Below are positions 24,680 through 37,600 of a stretch of DNA of 64,000 bases, piece after piece (positions within the stretch are counted from its first letter, which is position 1; every line of letters begins with the position of its first letter). Below the pieces are notes generated by a model. It had not been told where the DNA came from. It ran no database searches and saw only the letters and a list, made by a program, of their open reading frames with translations. Both the position numbers and the translations under genes were made by a program. The DNA is from Phoronis australis (Eukaryota > Animalia > Phoronida), in the NCBI GenBank assembly GCA_002633005.1, contig NMRA01000005.1, positions 2,083,114-2,147,113 on the forward strand. The letters run 5' to 3'.

Positions 24680-25552
24680 ACAGTACACACCATGGATTTT
24701 TGCACATTTTGAATTACCGCTGGCCACAGACTAAATGTATGACGTAAAATTTAGCTAAACCCACGTTTATTTTGTGTAATTAGCTCGAAATTTTTATTTT
24801 TCTTTCAATAGCGGAGAGAAGGGAATTTGAAAGCGACGACGATTATGAGCAAGAATTGAACAAAGACTATGAAGAAATGTACGGGAATGGTGGCCAGGAT
24901 GAGGAACTGGGGTTGCACGAAAGCGAGAACAAGTTTAATGTGCTTCCGGCTGCGTACTTTTCTACTTTGAGCCTTACAAACTGGATCCTCCCGCGAGAGA
25001 AGCGGCCTCGGGCTCAGCGAGTCAACCCAGTCATCACAGACGATCCTAAATTAAGAGCTGATGTTTCTGAATGATAAATATTGTCCTTTATTGAACCAGA
25101 CCTTCATCGTAACGTCTCCTGTGACTGGAGTCGAAACACGAGTCCTCAAAGTGGGCAGAACACAGAGTGGCCCCCGGACCGAATCGGTTGGTCCACGATG
25201 ACGTCCCACAGTCTCGTTCGGCGCACGAAGCGATGCCACTTCTATGCAACTTTGGTGTCCTTCGGAACACCGAGACGTTCTCCGCCTGGCTGCTGTTGCT
25301 GCAGCCTCCGGAAACATATCTTTTGATCCCTCTACGAACCTAAATGTTTTTTGCTTTCTTTTCACTCTATGCACCTTTGTCTCTGATCCGAACAGTATGG
25401 CGAACGACTTGGGTTCAACCCATGACGTTGTACATAATTATGATTTTTTCAATTTTTGCGCGTTTCTTTATGAGCTGTGCACTAAAGGCACTGAAATCAA
25501 GTAAGATATAATAAAAAAATATTTTGAGGTACCAGAGTCATGTTGTGTACAC
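24680..25552. mobile_element. Degenerate, internally deleted Kolobok-type element
   Basis: TTAA on both sides; short imperfect TIRs GTACACACCATG / CATGTTGTGTAC; acidic ORF start on + (about 24808-24930) converges on a THAP remnant on -. Confidence 0.55.
25088..25320 (-). pseudogene. Frameshifted THAP zinc-finger remnant (transposase N-terminus)
   Basis: Across frames: YVSGGCSNSSQAENVSVFR / KWHRFVRRTR / ATLCSAHFEDSCF then a stop; the C..W..LCSxHF motif is characteristic of THAP. Confidence 0.75.
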
Positions 25553-27423
25553 TTAAAAATTAAAAAGAAACCACGAAGGGCAGGCCTGGGTTTGTCTTGT
25601 GGGAGGGTATCCTTCCGAGGACCTAGGAGGGGTTGTCTGAGTATTTTGCTAAACATGTACAAATCTGTAAGTTCTAATTTAGTAAAAGAATATATTTTAT
25701 GAAAGCAGAAAGCCTGTAAAATTTGAATTTGGACTTTTTATTAATCTTCCATTAATCGGGTCACGTTAAACAGGCTGATTCGTCAGCTACACCATACACT
25801 GAACTGCCATACGAATTGTTTGATGCGTTCAACAATATTCATTTTAATCTTGCGTGTGTCTCTCGACCGCTGGCTGCTAATTCAACCGGTGCGTATTCAA
25901 GTTCCGAGTGACGGAGTATGCAGGATTTAGATTATGGTTTTTCGGTCGTCTTGCCCAACTCATCCGATAAAGAAGTCCTCAACTCAATCCGCCGTGCTAA
26001 CGGCGTTTCAGTAGGGTAGGGTGAACAAAAAGTCCGAAAAAGTAGAAAAGGAGACAAAAATTCACTAAAAAGACAGAAATTGGGCAAATGCACAATTCAT
26101 AGCTCTGAACGTACCCCGTTTTTTTAGTAAAAGCCGTTCCACGTTAGAGCCCTCCTACTGTACTTTTTAGGCTGGGTGCGCACATGAACAAGGTAAAATA
26201 CAACGAATAATTGACATTAGATAAATTAGAATTAAACTAAAGTGTTCTTGCCAGGAGTCTCAGGAGACAAGTAAACTCAGCAGACGATGGATCAACATAA
26301 CATACCAATAGGGATACCCCGGCCTAGAGAGGGATTCGGGAACAACCACCGTGACTCCGGCGTTCTGCAAGTACATCGATAGTAGATATATACACAGGCA
26401 TCAATACGCAGTCCAAACGACAGATCCATCTGAATAAACTAGCATGAAGATGCATAAAGTGATTAATAACCGACTCGAATTAACACGTAAGTAAGTATAA
26501 AGGTTAACCTTAGACTCACAGTTAAGACTATGCAGGATTAGAAAACTCCAGAATGCTTTTCAATTACTGACGGATATGTCTAGCAAAATGAGTAGACTGT
26601 CACCAGACCCAGAGAAAGTAACTCCTAAGAGTTTCCAATCGATCAGTGTTATCCATCGCTCTACCACTCAAACGGCGTTGGGTCACAAACAAATTCGGTG
26701 TACCGTACACCGAATTTGACGAGCACGGTTTCCAGTCATCTCAGTTTTTAACAATTAGTTAGTCTCCACTGACCTCATACAGCATGACTCCGATATTTGA
26801 AGGCGATTTTCATAGGCGGATTTAGGGGGGCCCAGGGGGCNCCCCCTTGCATGGCTGCCGCAAAAAATAACTTAAACAGCAAGAGCGTATGTAATTGTTG
26901 AGTTTATTAATTAACCCCGGTAATTAAAGTTATGCGGATGAAACAATTAAGATTTAAATGTGTGCAGTTTTAGTGTTTGGGGGGAGGCGGGGCACAAATC
27001 CAATTTCAACACGGCGCATTCATAACGGAACTATAACTGCAGGGCTCTCCCGCGTCTGATATCCCGAACCCCCCTCCCGACCTCCCCCATTCGGGGCTAT
27101 GCGCATCTACAATCATGGTTTGCGCAAAGGCTTACAGCATTCAGTCAAAAGTCAGGATATGGTTTTGCAGTACTATTTCCGTCACGAATTCGAAAAAATA
27201 TCAAGCGACCGACTAAAAGTTAAAAGTTGTGACTACTAGATTGAGGTAATCAAGGTTTATGATCGGTCAATTGACAGATCACACGATGGGGCGTTATGGA
27301 GATCTGCTGATGACTGAAATCCGTGTGCGCTTCTCAGGCCGTGGCGGCAGGCTGAACTCGCAGATATTTTGCTATCCTAGCGGTGAACCAACGAACCAGT
27401 GAAGGCGAGATTTTGACGTGATA

Positions 27424-27450
27424 TTTCGCGATGTCAACAATTTGGCGGGG
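27424..27450. promoter_or_regulatory. Candidate KNTC1 promoter with E2F-like motifs
   Basis: TTTCGCG and TTTGGCGG in a CpG-richer patch about 1.2 kb upstream of the ATG exon. That exon begins with a splice acceptor (28661), so a non-coding first exon is implied. Confidence 0.3.
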
Positions 27451-27532
27451 TATCCGAAAATAATACCGTATCAAATAAGTGGTCAAGAACCTCCTCGCCT
27501 GGTTTGTAGTTTTGATTTAATTATGTTACGGG

Positions 27533-27621
27533 CACAGGCGTCCTCAGCTTCTGATCGTCCCCAATACACTACACATAATATGTAGTGTATTGGGGACGAT
27601 CAGAAGCTGAGGACGCCTGTG
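27533..27621. mobile_element. Palindromic MITE, 8-bp TSD GTTACGGG (P-element- or hAT-like)
   Basis: CACAGGCGTCCTCAGCTTCTGATCGTCCCCAATACACTACA and its exact reverse complement; TSD at 27525-27532 and 27622-27629. Confidence 0.85.
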
Positions 27622-27859
27622 GTTACGGGAAGCGGCTGTCAGCAGTCTACTGCTGTGGGGAAAGTACAGAGCCGCTCGTTGGGTCACGAGACGGTTCAAT
27701 CGCCTACTATCCTCTGTTGGGTTAATGCATGTAGACCACAGGCACCTTTGATCAGCCCTCAACTATATAATATAATATATGGTCAAGGCCAAGGGCTACT
27801 TAAAGGTGCCTGTGATATAGACTATCACTATTACTATAGAACGAGTATCTATATGCATC

Positions 27860-27971
27860 CACAGGCGTCCTCAGCTTCTGATCGTCCCCAATGCCCAATA
27901 CACTACATATAGTAGTATTATACTATTATATGTAGTGTATTGGGGACGATCAGAAGCTGAGGACGCCTGTG
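27860..27971. mobile_element. Second copy of the palindromic MITE, TSD TATGCATC
   Basis: Same TIRs; TSD at 27852-27859 and 27972-27979. Confidence 0.85.
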
Positions 27972-28672
27972 TATGCATCTAGCCTTGGACTTGGTACAAA
28001 AAATGACGACACTAGCCAGCTAGCTGACTGGCTGGCTATGACGCATTCAGACTGATCCAGAGCGATGTAATTGCCTACAGGCACAGACGCAAATTCTGTA
28101 GGCTAACAGTGTTTTACAAAAGTGAAGTACGATTAAAATTCGGTAGGCCTAATTATCAACTCTGATGTTGTCCTAGCCTTTGTACAAAGTTGTATAGGCC
28201 TACTGGTACCTAGCTGTATGTTGACGATAGTGTTCATACAGCTTGTTGGCTGGCTAATGTTGTCCCTATCGCAGATTCTCTACTCTCTCTGGCACCCCTA
28301 CTAGTAGAAGGTCATCCATTTGTGATAATATCGCAATATTTAATAGCCTAATAGGACAGGTTAGGGCCTAGTACAGGAAAAAGACATTGTTGGTAGGTGC
28401 TTGTGCCCTAGGCACACAGTTAATGGCCTGAACTGCTCAACAGATTTTCATTTTTATTAATACTTTAACATTGTGTATAGAAACAGATAATAAACACATG
28501 ACTAATTTTTGAAAATGTTATTTTTTGCAACTAAATTGTTTTCGTCCCAAATTGGAGAATTTTTACTGTAATGTGACACAGAATTTAATTGAGATTTGTA
28601 CTTTTGATTACTTCATGATATGTATTGATAGCAATAGCTAAGTGTGTCTTTTGTTATACAGAGAAATTAGAC

Positions 28673-31600
28673 ATGGCTACGTGGGATCAGATAGACGTTG
28701 ACTTTGGAGGTGATGAAACTGTCAACTTTGGCCCTCGCGAAGAGTCAGGCACAGCATTGTACCAGGTGGACACCGTGGCAACCATTTCAGCTGTGGGAGA
28801 GGTTAGATTGCATACACAATGAAAGGTCGTCATTCAATCAGACATTCATGCATAAGCATTACCATTATATTATTGAGTTCTCATCCCTGTAAACAATTTC
28901 TTATGTAACCCTAAGAAGTGCTTTCCACTGGTTTCTCCATGAACTGAAGACCACTAAACATGCTTGTGAACACTTAAACAAAACCCACAGTCACATTTCC
29001 CACTGAGCATCTAGGGTATTTGTTTGTATTTATTCCAACTGCTTCAGGTGATTTCATCCGTCAATGTTTCTCTTACATCTTTACTGATACAGCTAGGAAA
29101 TATGGTCATCCTTAAGCCCACTGAAACCACATAATTTTCACATTTGTCTTCAATACGCAATCTTAGTTGTAAACAATCTTTGAGATGGTTCAGGTCTGTG
29201 CGCTTATTTGGACTCTTGGGGTGTAATTCTTCATGTATTATCAGTGCATGATACACTTCAATAGTCTATGGTAATCTCCACAGTGTCATAGCTACTATAA
29301 TGTTGTTGCGTTGGTCTACCCTTCAGGTTACTCGTAACCCTGTGTTGAGTGCAGCTGTTTTAGATGAAGATTTGTGTGTCGCTGCTGGAAATCACGTATC
29401 CCTGTTTAAACAGTCCGGACATCAGTTTGTAGTGACTTTAACTTTTGGTGAGTTTATGGAAGAGTGGTTGGAACAAGAGGTGGTTGTGTTCTATTGTTCT
29501 CATGTCGAATGGTTGGTTGTTTGCCATAAAGCTGGACTGTACTTACTGGTGTCCATTATTTCAGACATAGCGAGAGCTGCGTTGAATAGTTCAGAAATGT
29601 CAACCTTTACTCTTACAGTATTGTAAATTTTTTTCTGAAAAATCACCATGACCAGCTCTCTCCTTATCACCACTAATATTTGGTGCTTTGCGAAACCTTT
29701 ATGGTCACTTTCAATTGTGAGAAACTACATCTGTAGTCACCTTTAAGACAAAAGACAACAAATTTGTCATTTTTGACATGTATTTCAAAGGAAAGAAGAA
29801 TAGAGATTGTGGAAAATCTTTAGAGTTTGTGTGCTATAGCCTAGCACTGCAAAACAGTAAAAGAAATTAAAAAAACATTTTGGTTGAACTTTGCTATTGT
29901 TAAAAATTGTTATGTTAAAAGTGCACTGGTTTTAAAATCAGAACAGAAAAACGGTGCTATGTTACCGGTTTTGTTTTTATACGCCGTTAATTTAGTTTGG
30001 ACTCAAAAATTACCTTAAAGACTAGTGCACATTGCGTACACAGGAACCTTTATGCATATAATGCAGTGTTGAGCGAGTATGTATTGAGCTAGTCTGCCAG
30101 CCAGTTTTGTATGTTTACATTTGAGATAATGTTTACACGAACTTGTTTTTAAGTCCTATGTAGTGTCTTGTTAGCAGGACTTTGTGGTCAACTGGAATTC
30201 AGTGATTGTTTCTGCAACTGGATTCTCTTGATTTGTTCTTAGATTTTGCGTTTCTGGCTGTAATTGGGATGAGAGTTGGACTCCTAAGCATTGCCATTTG
30301 CATCAATTATGAATGAATGTACAGCATTGCCATTTGCATCAATTATGAATGAATGTACAGCATTGCCATTTGCATCAATTATGAATGGATGTACAGCATT
30401 GCCATTTGCATCAATTATGAATGGATGTACAGCATTGCCATTTGCATCAATTATGAATGGATGTACAGCATTGCCATTTGCATCAATTATGAATGAATGT
30501 ACAGCATTGCCATTTGCATCAATTATGAATGAATGTAACACGACATTTAGCAATGAGTTAAAAAAGAATTTGATTTACTTTTTAGTGGTTACTCTTTTAT
30601 TTCAGGGTCTGACATTGACTGTATTTGCTGGTCGGATAATGCCGCATTCTTTTTGGTTGCTGAAAACAGTGGAGCGGTTCACTTCATTCATGCCCAGTCT
30701 CAGAAATACCTCTTGTCGCAGGTATGCCATCATAGATTTACAGTAGGTGCTGTACAAATAATTATTCTTTCAAGAAGTGTGCAAACTTAAAAAAATATTC
30801 TGAAATACTGTGTGCCAGACTGTACAAATGAAAATTAATCGAAGGCTAAGTAATGGTTGGCAAATTTAAAAAGAATTGTTGTTCTTCATCCCAAGGCAGT
30901 CTCGGTTGGTGCTTGTTTGAATGACACAGGATTTAAACCTAAAAACATTAAATAAATGAAACTTGCAAAACTGTCATGTGCATTGTTTTACCAGGAAGGT
31001 AAAATATTGTTGCTAAATAATTGTATTGCTAAACTTAACATTCTGAGAAACTCTTAAGTAATCAGTGCCATAAAAGTGCAGCTTTATCATTTTCCATAAG
31101 TTTCTAAAAACCTACCTCCTGTCTTAAAATAATGTTGATATTTAAGGTATTTGCTATATGCATTTGATATCATAATGATTTCTAGGCTTACAGAGAACTG
31201 AATGTTCACTTTTACCGAGATGATGTTGTCACTGCCGTTCATTTAGCTTTTTCATTATATATGTTGCTAGCTTATTCTTCACCCAGAAACCATTATAATA
31301 GTGGCACCTAAAAGCATCCCACATTTTGAGAACCAGTTTTCTCCATGGAATAATCAAGTATTAAGGTCCTGCATTTTGAGAACCAGTTTTCTCCAATCAA
31401 TATCAGACATCAAACTGGTTCTCAAAATGTGGGACCCCTATAAGTGACTCTTGCAAAATTACTTTTTTGTGTGTAAGGAACAACTGGAGACGGGTTTTAT
31501 ATTGATAAGAGGTCTGAACCATTTTTGGCCGGAAATTGGTTTATAGAAGTGATTTTTATGGAGTTATGTTCTAGGTGCTTGCAAGTTTTATTATGTTGTT

Positions 31601-34600
31601 GATTTGGTAACCCTTTTCTTATTAATGTCCTGCTCTAGGCACTGACCACCCCAGTGGATACTAGTGGTTCAAAGACCTTTCAACTGGTTCAGTTCACTCC
31701 TAGCTGTAAGATGAGTTGTAGTGACTTGGTCATTGTGTCCTCTTCTGGTCAGATGTACACCTTCCTCTACATGCACCTGGATGGTATTGACAAAGGTAAA
31801 GAGTTCTGTTAGTGCGCCATTTTTAAGAGGTTTGATAGCCTGTTGTTGGCTGAATTTTTCGGCTATTTGCTCATAAGCTCCTGCTATAGATTTGATAACC
31901 CACTCCTCAGTTACGTAGGCCATTTGTTGATAAGCTCCTGCTATAAATTTGATAACCCACTTCTCAGTTACGTAATTAGTATGTTAGATGGCAATTTTGC
32001 CAAAATAATTCATTATGAAAAGTGACTGTAAATGATTCTGATCCTCTGAGAACTTCATTGCCCAACTGCGACAAACAATTTGTTGATGTGAAAACCATAA
32101 ATTACGTGTGATGGGTTAATCACCAAGTTAACAGCTGGCAATTTAAAATAAATAGTCTGACTAAAAATTGCAGTTGATCTTCAGAAGTGTCGTTTGTTAT
32201 TCAGCATATGATGTGAATTCCTGTTGCATAGTTTTCTGTCTGACGTGTTTCAGCCTTATCCACTGGAGACGTTAAAACTGCCAAGACGTACCAGAATCAG
32301 ATCAAGTCGTGTCATTCATCGCTCATCTCCAACAACACCCCTTCAATAACGAGTGCTGCTGTGCTCAATTCAAGACACTTAAAGATTCTTGTAACTGCTG
32401 TAGGTTATACAGTTGCATTCACAATCAAAGGGACAATCAGAATATTTAATTGCACCTTCATTCTGTAGAGTATGCTGTGTACAAAGTAACAGTGCTGAGG
32501 GCTGTGTTAACACTTCAGTGTTCTCTGTTTTTCCGGAGACTTTGATCATGGGGTGAGAAATGTCTGAAGTTGAGTGAGAAGACCTTGATATTTTGTCATT
32601 GTCTTATTTTGGTATTGGCATGCATTTAGGAATGTCCCAACTTAACTTTTTTGATTTGAATGATGAGAAATCCAGGAATGTTGTTTAATTTACTGAACAG
32701 ATTTTAATATTAAGTTTTAGCGACTGTTTGACATCAAACTTACCTTACATGCTTGATATTCGTTTGTACTTTTTGCCTCTTGTTTCATTAGTTTCACAAA
32801 TTTCTTCATTTCGAACATTTGTAGTAGTCACAGATCAGGTCATATCATAATATCCATGTTCATGGAGTTCACATTATGTGGGCAGTTTGAGCAACCGTCG
32901 AGTCACGTGATTGTTATTTGCAGGGTGATAGTGGTGATGTTCTCAGTGTGTGGCATGTGCAGGGTGACACAACATCATCCATCTCACAACTCAATACTAC
33001 ATATCCTGAACACCTGAGGCTAGTCAGTTGCAAGTTGTCTCACAATGGAAGGTTTCTCTTTGCTCTGGATGACGAGGTAGGAAGTACAGTAGAAACCAAA
33101 AGCAACGGACCCAAGTTGTGACGGCCAATTCTGCAAGCAGATTCTATTCTGCTTCATATCGCATGAAAATTATGTCTGTATTCTTTTATCACAATCTTCC
33201 AGTGCTGTTACAATGGTCCTTAATGTAGAGTAACAGAGTAACCAATGTTACAGAATGTCCCCTGCACTGAGGGATATGTGAACTTGATTATCGTGGTTCA
33301 TAATGGTGTTTTGCAAAGTACTCAGATTCTTGATGCCACAATGACAGCTTTGAAAGTTTTTGCTATGAATTTTGATCGCTCACTTTTTGTGTGTTTTTTC
33401 GATAGCTCTTGCTGGACTTTGTTTACCTCCAGTGTACAATTCGGTCATTGCAAAATCATAATCCTAAGCAAAACCAGCAACTAATTCACTAAATACATGC
33501 ATAGAACCACCTTTTGTCGAAACAGAAGATTGTTCTCATGTGTTTGCTTATTCGATTACATTGACCCAGCATCTCTACACTTATGGTCAGAAAATGGCAT
33601 GTAGTATTGTAGACAACCAGATAGCTGTATGAATTGTTCTGTGCAGTAAAGTTTTAGTTGATTTATGGTTGCACTTAGTGTTTGGGACACAAAAAAGATT
33701 GTCTTGTGACTGTGTATCATTGTACTGTTGATTGCAGCTCATGTTTAGTGTTTGGGACACAAAAATGTTGATCAGATTGTCTCGTGACCGTGTATCATTG
33801 TACCGTTAATTGCAGCACACGTTGAGTGTTTGGGACACCAGGACGCTGATCAAACTTTCACACTGGGAAGGGGCCATGGTGAACAGTTTCATGCTACAGG
33901 AGATTGGTGGAAAGGTGGACAGGTATTGTAACGACTGCGAGATGAGAGGGTCACAGACAGACTGCATTTTCTCTTTGAAGCTGTCAACATTTCTCAGTGA
34001 TACATTTTTGATCATATCTTTAAGTTTAATCATTACCTCAACAATAGGTTTGACATGATTTCGTCTTAGATCAGTTTAGCTCCATTTGGCAGAAAAACAA
34101 TTTTGCGTTTTGTCAAATTTTGTTGTCAGCAAAAATAATTGTAAAGAAAAAAATCTGCGTTTCTTCCAAGATTTTTTTCCCACTGCAGCTTTAACCATTA
34201 CTTACTTAAGCAACATGTTCATTAATTTTGTAGAAATGAAATAACCAAAAGCAAAATTGAATCTAATTCCAGTTTCTAGCCCTGAGCAGTAACTTTCACG
34301 TACTGTTATAAGTTGAAATTATAAATTGGCAAAACAAATGGAAACAATTGCACTTAGTCAAAGCATAATCTGGATTACTTAGTCAAACATCTGCTACTAA
34401 CCGTTTTCTTATTTTATTCAGACTGGGAGACATCAAACTGGTGCTTTTGACTTGTGGTAAAGATGGACAGTGCTGCTTACAGTTACTGGAACTGCCTGGG
34501 TATAGAGTCACATACTCTCTTCAACTGAGCCATCACACTGTGTTAGCAGAGTCACCAGTGAACCAGGTCTGTGACGACTGTTCTAGCCTTTTATTAATGC

Positions 34601-37600
34601 CGTGGAGTGAGTTTGTTGACCGAAATCAAAAAATACCTAAAACAAGTACATTGCTTTAAACTCTATGTCTACAAGTCTTACATCTTTGCTTTTGATCTCT
34701 TTTTACAAGTTCTTTACTGATATTGACTTATAAACCTGTCTTTGTATAAAATTTAGATAAACAATTGAGTAGTTTTGCCTATTTGTTTGCTTAGTTATCT
34801 TTAAAATAGAACGAATTCCATATTGAAAGTAATTTTTAAGCCGATGAATGTGTATGACACAATGCAATTGAATGCGATTTTATTCGAACTCATTCACCTG
34901 AGTTCTTTGCAGGAGGGTCTCTTTGTTCTTGAGGGCGTGGTTGAAGAGGGTCATAATCTTATCTCCTCCATACGAGTTCGGTGCTTGACAGAGTCTCAGC
35001 CAGAAACCAGGTAAATTCAGGTACTCTAGTGGTATTGATTTTTGGCCATAAGATCTTAAAATAAAAAGCTTGGTAGCAAGATCTTGGCCTTTTTTAAAAC
35101 TCTTAAATTTGACCTTTCACAGTATACTCGTGGTTGCATTATCAAATTGATGGAAGGAAGTGGAACACTATGCTAAATGGTAGGAAATCGTGTCGTTGAT
35201 TCTACAAAAATAAATTACCATAATAACCCATTTCCTTTCACCATCTTGAAATCTTAAGACAATTGAAAGTTTCTGTGCCCACTACTTGCGTATACAAAGA
35301 GTAACGATTATAGGAATGGGAACAATCAAAATATTGTGAGGCTTGCAGCTGTTTAATGATGACATGCCAAATGTGATTTCATCGTTTTCTTTGTTTTCAA
35401 GAGTGTCAGGTCAAGGGTCATGGGAAGAATCAGTTCAACATGAACTGGCACAACTTTACGTTGCGCACTTTTTGTGAAAGATTAATGAAATATCTACAGT
35501 TGATTGAAACAAAATAGTTAAATTAATAATTGCAAGCAGTCCTTAATTTGACTTGTGCGTTTTATTTAGGTTATACAGAATCCTGCACAAAGGCAGATTT
35601 GATGAAGCTGAGCAGTTTGCGATGCTATTCAATTTGGATGTGGAGGTAAAGTGGTTGAATCCACACTGGTCCTCCGCTTCAGATCGTCCCCAATACAATA
35701 TATTTATACACTCACGACTAGGAATTCCAGAAAAAGGAGCAATTGCTCGTGCCTTGTTGAATCCCTGTTTTGTGTAAATTTATTGAGATTTGTGTTTGAT
35801 ATGGATGGCTGAAGTGAAGAACCTGTGGAATTTCTAGTCGCGAGTGACAGACGTTTTAGTATAATTATATGTAGTGCATTGGGGACGATCAGAAGCTGAG
35901 GAAGCCTAAGGTTGAATCCTCTAAAGAGACATAATCTATGTCATATGTTGTAATCATTCGAAAATGTTCAAATGCTTTATATAGCATATTGGTGTAGTGT
36001 GGCAGTAATTTTACAAAGGTTTCAATAATGTTATAAGTAAAATATTTACCTGTATGTTTTGTCAAACTCACCTGGAAAGGTTAAATAATTGTTAGAACAA
36101 GTGATATGCTTGTGTAGGCAAAAGTGACAGGGAAGTAAAATGAAGGAAATTTCATGTTCATTGCAAAAAAAATTAAGAAACGTTTTCTCTCAAGAGTTTA
36201 AAAATTTCCAGTAGTTGCTGAAAACAACTACATGACATTGTTTTGCCAGACATGCGTCAGATTAATGCATTAAGGATATGACACTGTGAAAGGTGAACAT
36301 AGTTTTTGTCCACAAATTTCAAGATGCAATAATCATAATTTTATATGTTGAGTTTTAATCACTCATATTTTTTTCACCTAATTGAAACCCAGAATTGGCG
36401 ACCATATAATTGGCGACCATATAATTGGCGACCATATAATTGGCGACCATATAATTGGCGACCATATAATTGGCGACCATATAATTGGCGACCATATAAT
36501 TGGCGACCATATAATTGGCGACCATATAATTGCTAACAGAATGGAGAATTGATAATGCACAACAAAGCGAAATTTGGAGGTTTACCAGGATTTTCTTTGG
36601 TTGTAGTTTTGATTTTTAAATTCATGATATTACTGTGCTCGAAGACTGAATGTCAACTGGGATCTTGTTCTGGAAATATTATTCTTGTTGCAGTTGGTAT
36701 ATAAGGTGAAGGCCAGTCGCTATCTGGATCAGATCTCCCCTTGGAACGCATCGAGATGTTCAATGAAGGAGATCAAAGACATGGTGGTACAACTGAAACA
36801 GTGTTTGCTGAGCATTGGGGTGAGATTGTGTGACTGAAATTGGGTTAAACCACCCATGGACGGGCTTTGTGAACAGTTCTATTAGAACTGGTATTTACTG
36901 TACAGTTTATGAAAAGGAACCAGAGACCTACTCATGCATGAACAAATGAGGATTATGTGTATCAAACCGTTTTTGCAAGGTCACTCTATAAAAGGTCAAA
37001 TTTTAATCGCATGGACAGAAGTTGTGCAGGAGTGTTTGTTGATTGGTTTGTTTCTACCATGTGATCTAAAGTTGAGGTGAACTCGCATTGTTAATAGTTT
37101 ATAGGGACATGTAGAGTGGTTGAGACAGATTCATATCCAATGTAATTAATATGAACTAACCAGGATTGTATTGTCTTTTTACAGGATGACAATCACGTGA
37201 CAGACTGTTGTGTTAAGGCCTGTTTACCAACATTTCATGACACTTTGGATCTGCTGAACTATATCAGGAAAAGAGTAATGTGTTTACACAATTGTCATGT
37301 ATTAAATAAATGGAAGGGATATTAGCAGTATTCAACAGTGACATCAGGATTTCTAAATAGACAGTGATTTATTGTATAGTAGTTCAAATAACTACCACCA
37401 ACTGAAGTCAGGTTTTTGTTTCTATCAGATATATTTCCTTCTTGATAAAATTAAACTTTAACTCATGGACAAAGACAGATCAGTTCAGATAGTGGTACAT
37501 GTATTTCAACAATTAGCAGTATGTAAAGCCACGCTGGTGCTCCTTTTGTTCTTGCTTAATTTTCTATGAACTTTATCTGTCAGGTAATTGCTGTTTTTTC

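Noticed and set aside
30284-30746. Repetitive ORFs ([12 protein letters not shown])n and ([12 protein letters not shown])n
   Set aside because: Translations of an intronic 36-bp minisatellite; the real exon 30606-30721 is in another frame.
36345-36560. (NWRPY)n ORF resembling a neuropeptide precursor
   Set aside because: Perfect 15-bp DNA repeat with no synonymous variation, signal peptide or dibasic cleavage sites.
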